In this document: in pieces, positions 12,392 through 23,338 of the stretch
Layout: each line of letters begins with the position of its first letter
How positions within the stretch are numbered: the stretch's first letter is position 1
Assembly: GCF_001194135.2 (NCBI RefSeq)
Contig: NC_068986.1
Span: 68,480,343-68,544,342 of the forward strand
Length of the DNA stretch: 64,000 nt
From: Octopus bimaculoides
Lineage: Eukaryota
Reading direction: 5' to 3'
Notes under the pieces: model-generated
Database searches by the model: none
What the model saw: the letters and a program-made list of their open reading frames with translations, nothing else
Told to the model about the DNA's origin: nothing
Translations under genes and position numbers: made by a program

Positions 12392-15300
12392 CTATCGGTA
12401 ATTCTGTGTGTAGCTAAAGGGGGGAAACCCGAGTATTTCTAGCTCTCTCTTAATTAATTCCGCCAGTATTACACATGAAATTCAAAAAAGGTACCCAAGA
12501 TTGTTGGAAAGCTGGTGGATAATCTTGTGGATGTCTTCCAATATGTGAGTTAGTGTTAACATATTTAATACGTAAAGCATTAAGCAAACCTAATAAAAAA
12601 TAATATGTAGTTAGAATAAAACAATATTAGTAACTGGCTAATATAGTTAATAACCCATGACATGCTCCCATCTTGTCTTGACATCGCCACTGATCACGTT
12701 TCACTGTACCTGCCAAAACTATATCAATAGAGTTGTTTCCCCTGAATACAAGTTTTTTTTTTATGCTGAATGAAAATTAATATCAAGTTTTGGCACAAGG
12801 CCATCAAGTTTAGAGTGGGACTTAAGTCAATTACATCAACCTCAGTTCTCAACTGGTACTTATTTTATCGACCCCAAAAGGATGAAAAACAAAGTCGGTC
12901 TTGGCAGAATTTGAACTCAGAACGTAAAGATGGATGAAATGCCACAAAGCATCTTGCCTGGTATGCTAAGATTCTGCCAGCTCAGCTCTTTGTGCTGAAT
13001 GAATATTGGTTTATAAGTCAATATAACATTATGTAAAATGTGATGACATAAAGATGCAGACGTGGCTGTGTGGTTAAAAAGTTTGTTATGCAGCCATGCA
13101 GTTCCAAGTTCAATCCCACTGTGTAACACCATAGCTGTCTTCTACTATAGTTTTGGATTGACCAATGCCTTGGGAGCACCTTCTTCCCCCTATGCTGTTC
13201 TCCATCTTTAACACCTCGCTTATCTGCTATGACTCTCATATCTACCACAAACCCCAACTCTGAGCCTCTCCATCATTTACTATAGTCACTTCTACCCTAT
13301 TCAGTCACCTAAGCCAAACCTCTGTATCACTTCACCCATTTTGACCACTCCCAATTTCCCTCGATGGCATTTCCTGACACATCTTTACCATCATCTCTTT
13401 CATTATCATACTCTCAATTTTACTCCCTAATTCATCCTCCTTTTCTTTCTAACTGGAGTATCCATGTATCTACAGTAAGACAACTATTTCTGTCCCTCTA
13501 TACTTTAATCTCTAAACTGGTACAGAGCAACAACTCCACTCCCAGTTGAAAGGTTTTTTGGCCTTTTGTCTCTCTCTTGTCTTGCAAGGTACCTGGTGAC
13601 CTTATCAGTGCTGGTGCCACATAAAAGTACCCAGTACACTTTGTAAAGTGGTTGGCATTAGGAAGGGCATCCAGCTGTAGAAGCCATACCAAAACAGACA
13701 GTGATGCTTGGTATGACTCCTGGCCTTGCTAGCTCCTGAAAAATTGTCCAACCCATGCCAGAGTGGAAAATGAACATTAAGTGATGATGATGACAATGGT
13801 GTGTGTGTGTGTGCGTGCATTTGCATGTTTATGTTTACTACTGAAAATTGGTAGAAAGTCACTTTGTGCAAAAATTGTAACTTAACAGTGCAATAAAACA
13901 GAGATCAATAAAAGTAGTAGCAGACTGTAATAAGTACTGAGGTCAATATGATGTAAAACCTTGAAGGTAGTGGGCTTGCAAGATTACAGTCCAACAACTG
14001 CGACCAATAACAGAATAAGCTTTATTTGATTAAATATCATTAATGAAAATTCATTCTATCAAGATGTATAAAAAGTCAAGTCGATCTTATTAATGTCAAA
14101 CTAGTGTAGTGAAATAAGTAAATGTAGGAATCAAAATCAACTGGCAGCTATGACTAGCCAAGAGTTTATTTTATTCTAGTTTTTTAGTGTCTGTTGGAAC
14201 TCATTGTCAGGCAAGTTAGCCAGCAGATTTTCATGGTTATTGTTGTTGTTTAGCTCAGATAAAACAGACCTATGATAAAATATGTTTAAGCCATAGTCAT
14301 CGCATATTTATACAGACATAGTGTAGCTAGGATTGCATTATACTAAATTTCTTTCCTATTTTAAGATAGTAGGATATATATAAGTGGAGATTTAGCTGCT
14401 GTTTCTAGCAGATAGTGTAGTGAGAAGAAGAGTAGCCTGCTCTTTTGCAGACAGTATGTCCTCCAAGAATGTTTCAGCTTCCTTAGCAAATTATAATTGC
14501 CTCATGTCAGCCAGGTCAGTGGACACAAAGAATTATATACTACATATGCTGGTATAACATACCAATATCAAAACGTAGGAAGGTGGCATACCAGCAGAAT
14601 CATTAGCACACTGGGGAAAATGCATAGCAGCATTTCATCTGCCTTTATGTTCTGAGTTCAAATTCTGCTGAAGTTGACTTTGCCTTTCATCCTTTTGAGG
14701 TGGATAAAATAAGCATCAGTTGAGAAATGGGATTTATGTAATTGACTTACCTGCTTCTCCAAAATTACTGGCCTTGTGTCAAAATTTGAAACCAATATTA
14801 AAACTTAAGAAAATAACTCGGAAATTTCATGCATTTTAATGTAGAGATTGTGATAATTATAATTAATCATTGTTGAACCATATGATTCTGAAAACAAGGA
14901 AGACAACTTATGATTTAAACTCAGAACTTTTAAGGACTAAACAAAGCACTGTAAAATATTTAGCTCAGTGGTTTCAACTATCTCCACTACCTTCATCAAT
15001 TATCAAGGAAGCTTTTACATATTTGCTTAGCCTGCAAAAAATAGAATCCAAATTTCCTTCATCTCACACTTTATCATATTAGAGGGGATGGACACATTGC
15101 GTAATATAATCCTGAGTACATTATATGTGAGAAAAACAATAACTTTGTCATGACTCAAATGCTTTTGGTGAGCTGTGGGCTGAAAATATGAGTCAGATTC
15201 TAAGTCAGATTCTATCATCTAAGAAAGGAGGACATGTTTGTTAATGTAGTCCTAGTAATCATATGCTGAAAGACAAATAGTGAAGGTTAAAAAAAAACAA

Positions 15301-15659
15301 AAAACCTTTGCTTATAGGAAAATGACACCAAAGTTATTAATGAAGTTGGCTAAAAAAAAAAAAACCTCATTTGGCAAGGAAAGTTCAAAATAATTGGCAC
15401 ATTGAGGGGAATTTGAAAACTGTTACATCATCATCATTTTAATGTCCACTTTTCCATGCTTGCATGGGGTGGATAGAATTTGTTGAGGTGGATTTTCTAC
15501 AGTCAGATGTCCTGTTACTAACCTTCACTTGTTTCCAAGTAAGACATTTCCCCATAACCAGACAGGTTTTCAAAGAACATTGGAAACAAAGGACATTGTT
15601 TGCACAGCAATGACACTTTACAACCATCACATGATGTCAAAGCAAGGATACAGTATCTT

Positions 15660-15691
<32 letters not shown>

Positions 15692-15979
15692 AGGTGAAGG
15701 TGAGTGGCTTATTGGTTAAGGTATTTGGCTCATGGTTGCAAGGATGTGTGTTTGATTCCCAGTGGCATACTGTGCCATTGAGCAAGACATTTTATTCTAC
15801 ATTGCTCCATTTGCCTCAGCTAGCAAAAATGTGTAGTACCTGCATTTCAAAGGGACTGCCTTGTCACACCCTATATCACACCGAATCTCCTTGAGAACTA
15901 TGCTAAGGGTACAAGTGTCTGTGGAGTATTCATCTACTTGCATATAACTTCATAAGTAGGCTGTTCCATAGATTGGATC

Positions 15980-16215
15980 AGCGGCTAGCTGGCAGAAATG
16001 TTAGCACGCTGGGCGAAGTGCTTAGCAGTATTTTGTCTGCCGTTACTACGTTCTGAGTTCAAATTCCGCCGAGGTCGACTTTGCCTTTCATCCTTTCGGG
16101 ATCAACAAATTAAGTACCAGTTACGCACTGGGGTCGATGTAATCAGCTTCATCCTTTTGTCTGTCCTTGTTTGTCCACTGTGTTTAGCCTTTTGTGGGCA
16201 ATAAAGAAATGATTG
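15980..16215 (+). mobile_element. SINE family B (ctggcagaaatgttagcacg...ttctgagttcaaattccgccgaggtcgactttgcctttcatcc)
   Basis: Other copies near 12780-12990(-), 14580-14800(+), 33990-34145(+), 36545-36700(-), 40520-40710(+), 41750-41945(-), 42876-43335(+, two in tandem), 49200-49345(-). Confidence 0.85.
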
Positions 16216-16659
16216 GATAAGCTGGAACTGATGGAGTGCCAGTATTCATATATAAAAAATAAGTCTTGAGGGGTCAATTTGTATGACTAAAATCCCTCAA
16301 GGAGGTGCTCCAGCATGGCCACAGTCAAATGACTGAAACAAGTAAAAGAATAAAAGAATGCACACACACACTCATGATACTATGTGATATGAAACTTCAC
16401 ATGCTAGTTCAATGTTGGCTGTTTCATGCACTGCAAACAGACCTTGGAGTAGCACAAGCAGTGTACGGAAAAGGAGCAGGAAGGACTCTTGTAGCTGGTT
16501 TAATATGCATCGAAGTCATAGTTGCTTATAATTACCCAAACTGCCTCTCAGATAGCATCAGACTTACTGCTAATACTTGATGGGACATGAGGTGTTAGTA
16601 ATATAGTTCCACTGAAAACCATATTAACTTCATTTTCACAATGACTATACTTACCTTTT

Positions 16660-17052
16660 ATCTTTTACTTGTTTCACTCATTAGACTGTGGCCATGCTGG
16701 GGCACTACCTTAAGGAGTTTTAGTTGAACTAACCGACCCCAGTACTTATTTTCTTCTAAACCTAGTGCTTATTTTATTGATATCTTTTGCCAAACTGCTA
16801 AGTTACAAGGATGTAAACAAACCAACACCAGTTGTCAAGCATCAGTGGGGACAAATACAAACAGAAAGACACACACATACATATATATACAATGATCTTC
16901 TTTCAGTTTCCATCTACTAAACCCATTCACAAGGCTTTGGTTGGCCTAAGACTGTGGTAGAAGACACTTGACCGAGGTGTCACACAGTGGGACTGTAATT
17001 TGAACCATGTGGTTGGGAAGCAAGCTTCCAACCACAAAGCCATGCCTGCACC
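16660..17052 (-). mobile_element. SINE family A
   Basis: Near full-length match in reverse orientation; other minus copies near 19060-19370, 20380-20730, 38415-38600. Confidence 0.85.
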
Positions 17053-17249
17053 TATATTAATTATGATTCTAACATTCCTCTCACCTCTAGTAATCTAGGT
17101 AACAAAAATTCATTGGCCATTTTAGCCTCTCAGCAATTTCAAAAGAAATACGTATTTCAGCGTAATTTCTATTTTGACTAAATAGATGATCTACATTATA
17201 TTTCTTCATTTACTTTATTTTCGTTCACAATATACATGGTGTGGCAATA

Positions 17250-17394
17250 TGGTAAGAAGTTTGTTACCCAACCACATGGTTCCAAGTTCAATCCCTTGCA
17301 TGGTTCCTTGGTGAAGTGTCTTCTACTATAGTCCCAGACCAACCAATGCCTTGTGAATGGATTTGGTAGATGGAAACTGAAAGCCAGTTGTGTA

Positions 17395-17429
<35 letters not shown>

Positions 17430-17970
17430 ATGTATGTATATATACATATAAATATATATGTATGTATCTGTGTATGTGTGTGTATGCATCTTTGTGTTTG
17501 ATCCCCACCACCACCACTTGACAATCAGTGTTGTTTTGTTTAACATCAACCTAAATTAGTGGTTTGGTAAAAGAGAGTGACTTATTTCTCATTTGTACAC
17601 AATACAGGCACAGGAGTGGTTTGCTTCTCAACCACATGGTTCCAGGTTCAGTCCCACTGTGTGGCACCTTGGGCAAGTGTCTTCTACTATAGCCTCAGGC
17701 CAACCAAAGCCTTGTGAGAGGATTTGATAGATGGAAACTGAAAGAAGCCCATCGTATATATGTGTGTGTGTGTGTTTGTCCCCCCCCCCCATCGCTCGAC
17801 AACCAATGCTGGTGTGTTTACATCTCCATAACTTAGCAGTTTGGGAATAAAGACTGAGACAATAATTACTGGGCTTACAAAGAATAAGTACTGGGGTCGA
17901 TTTGTTCGACTAAAGGCGGTGCTCCAGCATGGCCACAATCAAATGACTGAAACAAGTAAAAGAATAAATT
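17250..17970 (+). mobile_element. Two tandem SINE family A copies
   Basis: Repeated head ccaaccacatggttcc...aaagccttgtg...gatggaaactgaaag with (TATC)n and (TG)n centres. Confidence 0.85.
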
Positions 17971-18101
17971 TGTTATTATTATTATTAAAAATAAGTACTG
18001 GGATCAATTTCTTCAACTAAATCATTCAAGGAAGTACTCCAGTATGGCCACAGTCCAATGACTGAAACACGTAAAAGATAAGAAATAATATTGATATTAA
18101 T

Positions 18102-18330
18102 TGCAGCATGGTAGGTGTTTATAAGCCATTTAAAATAATACACAAAAGCCGTCAGATTCACTTCAACATTTAAATTTAATTTGTCAAAATATTTTCGTCA
18201 CTTTGAGACCGCGACCTGTTCACTGACAAAATTCTGTGCTGCACAGGTCAAATTAAATTTAAATGTTGAAGTGAATCTGACGGCTTTTGTGTGTTATTTT
18301 AAATGGCTTATAAACACCTACCACGCTGCA
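18102..18330. repeat. Near-perfect palindromic element with 82-bp arms
   Basis: 18102-18183 vs 18249-18330 reverse-complementary at 80 of 82 positions. Confidence 0.95.
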
Positions 18331-20602
18331 TTTGTTTTCGTTCCAGCACACGATCTCAGATCAGGTAACTTGCTATGCAAGTACATCTCCGTAATATTGA
18401 TATCATCAAATCTTAATTAACTTTATTCAATTTTTTATTGTTGTCTAATTTTTTTGATCAACTATTTTGCATTTGACTGACTTGTAAATTATGTTTTGAT
18501 ATCTGTAAATAAAAAGTACAGCATCATTTCATCAATTCTTCCACTTGGAGTATGCCTATCAGTCTATATTGTAAACACCTGTGGGTAGATGCCATTTTTT
18601 CTACCAAAAAGTGAAAATATATCTTGTTGAAACTAATAGTGCATTTTCCATGACTCATTATCCATTTTAAAAAATTAAGAATACTTCTTAAAAATTTAAG
18701 CTATGATTTTTAAGGCACTTACAAATGAAAGACCAAAAGTGAAGAACAAAAGAAAAAGTTCACATGACTGAAACTGAAGAAATAGATTTTAATGAAATTA
18801 AATACACACACACATGTATGTATATATGTATAAATATGTACGTGTGTGTATATATATATGTATATGTGTGTACGTATATATACGTACATGTGTGTGTGTG
18901 TGGATTTGGTGATGCAAACAGGAAAATAGAACTCAAAACATGTATATATATTTTTTTATTATCAATAATCTGTAGAGTGACTGAAGGGCTGAGAGTTTCA
19001 AGCATTGGCACTTGAGCTTAAAAATACGTATATATTATTTACACACATATATTTACATTTTACTTGTTTCAGTCATTTAACTGTGGCTATGCTGGGGAAC
19101 CACCTTGAAGGTTTTTTTTTTTGTTGAACAAATTGACCCCAGGATTTATTCTAAGTCTAATACTTATTCTATTGGTCTTTTTACTGAACCGCTAAGTTAT
19201 GAGGACATGAAGATACCAACACCAGCTGTCAAGCAGTGGTGGGGTGACAAACACAAAGATACACATATATTATTACTGGCTTCTTTCAGTTTGCATCTAT
19301 GAAATCCACTCATAAGGCTTTGATATCCAAGAAGACACTTGCCCAAGGTGCCAAGCTGTGGGACTAGTTTCTGATTGAAAGCAAGTCCAGTGTGCAAATC
19401 AATGAATAAATCTGGTACAAGCTTTTCAAACCTGTAAAAATAGAAAAAGATACAAATTGGTCTGCTCAGTCAGTTCAAACCTGTCCCAAACAATTCCTGT
19501 TTAATATATTTTTAGCATTAATTCTGTAAATGTTTATAAACTCGCTATAATATGGAAACATTATCTTGACAACTGCTGTTCAAGGGATTGAAGTTTCAAT
19601 AATTTAGACATAATGTCAACTATGAAAGATCTCATTGCTAAATCCCCCAAAATATTTCTAACACTTTTTCTACATGTAAACTTATTGATATGCTTGGTTA
19701 TACTTTACTATGCTGATGAGGTCTAACAGAATCAAATAAGTCCATTGTTGTCTGTTGATTGAAAACAAGGATCAGATTTGCCCTTAGGTTGTAAATTAAC
19801 TTTGAGAAATTAATTTTCAATTTATTGAAATTACGTCTCTTTCCCCTAACTTTTATGAGTCAATTAATTACCATTAGATTTTTGGTTTCTTTCTTCAACT
19901 CTAATGCAAATTTCAATTCAGAATTTTTGGAGACATTACCTAGCTTAGCTAAATTCACACTTGACCTATATGAGTTATTTCCCTTCCTTGAAATTAAAAC
20001 TATGCCAAATCAGATCGGAACCTGGTGCAGCTCCCAGCTTTCAGTCAAACCGTCCAACCCATGCCAGCATGGAAAACGGACGTTGAATGACGATGAAAAG
20101 TATATAAATGTTTTATTCGATGATCAGGTGATGCATGGAATTTTTTAAAATATTTTTACTTGACAGCATACCTACACAAGTGTGTCCCTACCCACCGATT
20201 TTGTTTCTTCATAACTTTCAGAAAACGGATATTTTTTAATGAAATTTTCTACAAATATCCATTTTTTTTTTAAAGTAATGACTCATGTGAATTTTCCGAA
20301 ACTCCTCTCTCCATCCATGACAAAAGTTCTTCACAAATTCCGATATAGTCGGAATCTACACGATCTGAAACGTATTTATCTTTTACTTATTTCAGTCTTT
20401 AGACTGTAACCATGCTGGGGCACCACCTTGAAGAACTGTTAATAAAATGAATTAACCACAGTACTTATTTTTAAAGCCTGGTACTTATTCAATCGGTCTT
20501 TTTTTGCCGAATCACTGTTATGGGAACGTAAACACACCAACACCGGTTGTCAAGTGGTGGCGGGGGACAAATAGACACAATTGTACACACCCACACACAT
20601 AC

Positions 20603-20657
<55 letters not shown>

Positions 20658-21239
20658 TTTATACACACACACACACACACACAACAGGCTTCTTTCACTA
20701 TCCTTCTACCAAATCCATTCACAAGGTTTTGACTGATAATTTCATTAAAAAAAAAAAAAATTTTTTTAGAAGTATGAGGAAACAACGTTGTGTAAGAATG
20801 CCATTAGAAAATAATATACGCAATTCTGAGAAAGGTATGGATAGAAATGGATATATCAGAGAATTACAAGGTATATTAAATGTCCCAAATTTCGGAGCAC
20901 AGAATCCCTTAAAGTTTTCCAAAAGAATTCCTAAAACGCTTAAAAAGAAACCTGTTGCCAATAGTTCGTATCAAAAATGATGTCTGAGTAAAGCAAAAGT
21001 TAATATAATGGTGATTATGTGTTGTGAATAACAATCATATCTCTGCCATCATATAATTGTTTCCATTTCTACACAAACCAAATCCCTTGTCAAGCAAATT
21101 TAACTTCGATGAAAAAAAAAAAACTTCCGTTTATTCAAAAAGCAGGCCATCAGTTTCCCTAGAACTTTTATATCAAATAATACGGATATCAAACATATTT
21201 TAGTGCTTCTAAATTTGCCATACTCTTAGTCGTTGACGA

Positions 21240-21545
21240 ATTACCTGTATAGTAAACGGAACGATGTCAACCCGTTACAGTGGTCATTCATTTGAAAGAT
21301 GCTGAAATTGACAAAAACTTAGGAGGGAGTCTAGAAAAAGTCTGTTGCCGAAAGTAACGAGCGTGAGGAAAAGTATCGCGAGTATTAGTTACAACGATAA
21401 CAATTGGTTAGTTTTAGCAGAGTTATGACGTCATTTCTAAATTAGACCAATCAGCATTTAGTTTACATGTAGACATTAGTATATTACAGCGCGGATTGTA
21501 TGAAAAGTAAATGTCCCGAATGAGGTGACAATTATATTAAAAGGT
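21240..21545. promoter_or_regulatory. CpG-enriched, probably bidirectional promoter and NCAPH2 non-coding first exon (donor AAG|gtattt at 21543/21544)
   Basis: ATTGG 21403-21407, TGACGTCA 21426-21433, gaCCAATcagc 21447-21451, CGCGG-4nt-TATGAA 21490-21504, TTTGAA 21291-21296; outward-facing donors on both strands. Confidence 0.65.
21245..21291 (-). CDS. Putative first coding exon of an unidentified divergent gene (MNDHCNGLTSFRLLY, phase 2)
   Basis: ATG at 21291 with an upstream in-frame TAA, donor CAG|gtaatt at 21244. Confidence 0.35.
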
Positions 21546-23100
21546 ATTTGTTTATATTTAAAACTTGAGCAAAACTACTCTTGATCTTGCTGTATTTCAT
21601 TTGCCTTATTGAAAATGTAATTTTTGTTAATTTTCAGTCTTTCGTGTGACATTCATTTCATATTGTTTTTCGTAATAAATGAAAGAGAGGTTGTTTATAT
21701 CACGATGTTGAGAATTAAGGAAAAACTTAATATAATTTTGCAAAGCATAACAATAATAATCGTGAAACATAATTGCTAATATTTACTGACTATGTTGTTA
21801 ATACGATTCATTATTTTTTAAACTTTGATTTCCTTGTTTTCCCTATCAATTATTATTTTAAATGTTTGTAGTGTAAGACCTTGTGTTTAGCAATAAATAA
21901 AATAAAGGAAGTAACTCGAAAAAGCAACTTTCCAGTTTATATATTTCTTATATTCCCTCCGACGGACTTTCAGCTATTGCAGAAGTCCACTTTGTCTTTA
22001 TTAACTTGCACGCAAACTGTTATGATCTCAGTTGGTGTATTTCAAGTTTCATTCAGTGTCATTTTCATGATCTACTTGATTGTTGAGCTAGCTAAGCTTA
22101 TCTTTAGTAATATATTGTCCTTATTTATTTACCACTTGCCAACCTAGACGGTCAAGTGGATACAGCACTGGTTTATTAACTTCCAGATATCGACTTCACA
22201 TCCACTGTTGGCTTTTGTGTATTTACACAGAGCATTGTCTCGTAGACATTTGTTTCACTTCAAAGCAAACACCATCCTGTCATATTCTTAATCATCACAA
22301 GTAGGAAAAGTTTTTAACTTAGAACCATTATTACATTCTCACCTCTGAATGGTGCACATTAAAAAAAATTGCTCCAGATGAAATAGAAAAGTGCCATCGT
22401 GGTATTAGTGGAAATAAACAAGGACACTATACAAATATTATTCCCATTTTATGTCTTATAAATTAAGTGTACCCTCCAAATGCAAAAATGAGGTGTTTGC
22501 AATAAGTTTGATGAAGAAGTAAGATGAAACTGGAAATGAAAGAATTGTTGGAAGATGTTTTTAACACCCTCCAGCATAGCAGCGTCTTGGAGATATATGA
22601 CATGTAATATACATTGTCTTGATTGTCCACTGCATACAAACAGTTAAGGGCTCCAAAGCATTAGGGTATCGGTCATCCTCTGACTACTAAATAAAAGAAT
22701 GATTTATTGACAGTGCGATGCATTATATATCAATAACTACCATAATGGTGCAGATGTAGAGGCTGCAAAAGGTTTAATACAAGATTGGTTTGCATAGCTA
22801 GTTCTAAACCAAGTCAACCAATATCTGTGTTATGTTCATTTTTCGATGCTGGCATAAGTTAGATAAGTTTGCAGTACCATAGACTACATGTTACAGTCCT
22901 ATATCATGTTTTCTTCGAGGTGCAGTGCCCTCAGGTTTGCTCAGATTACTTCTTTGCATATCTCCCTTTGTCTGCTCCTATATGCATTCAGAGCATCAAG
23001 ATTCAAAATTATGTCCAACAATAAAATATTACAGACGGAAATTTATTAGTGTTATAGAAGAGGTAGCAAAGACTCCTGTCATTTCTTGAAAGTTCCTTCA

Positions 23101-23338
23101 TCATCATCATCATCATCATCATCATCGTTTAACGTCCGCTTTCCATGCTAGCATGGGTTGGACGATTTGACTGAGGACTGGTGAAACCGGATGGCAACAC
23201 CAGGCTCCAGTCTGATTTGGCAGAGTTTCTACAGCTGGATGCCCTTCCTAACGCCAACCACTCGGAGAGTGTAGTGGGTGCTTTTACGTGTCACCCGCAC
23301 GAAAACGGCCACGCTCGAAATGGTGTCTTTTATGTGCC
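23101..23338 (-). mobile_element. RTE-tail-type non-autonomous retroelement (family C), runs into a gap
   Basis: (CAT)n-cgtttaacgtccgctttccatgctagcatggg; many other copies, e.g. 13580-13790, 31110-31330, 37275-37510, 38243-38405, 39735-39960, 41330-41535, 48588-48870, 57640-57835, 61360-61580. Confidence 0.85.

Noticed and set aside
14451-14514. Plus-strand exon-like segment (ttttgcag ... cag|gtcagt)
   Set aside because: No partner exons or recognisable peptide; likely chance
16568-16611. 44-nt minus-strand segment with good acceptor and donor (SGTILLTPHVPSSIS)
   Set aside because: Phase 2 to 1 breaks the frame into the 10511 exon and no compensating exon was found; kept only as a candidate
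18102-18330. Possible CRISPR-like or structured ncRNA locus
   Set aside because: A single palindrome in animal DNA with no repeat-spacer array; best read as a palindromic repeat element
20489-20980. IYIY/THTH ORFs (also 18760, 34491-35029, 51215)
   Set aside because: Translations of (TA)n and (CA)n microsatellites inside SINEs
21245-21291. Idea that the divergent gene is LMF2, as in human NCAPH2 synteny
   Set aside because: The peptide does not resemble the LMF2 N-terminus as I recall it, so no symbol was assigned
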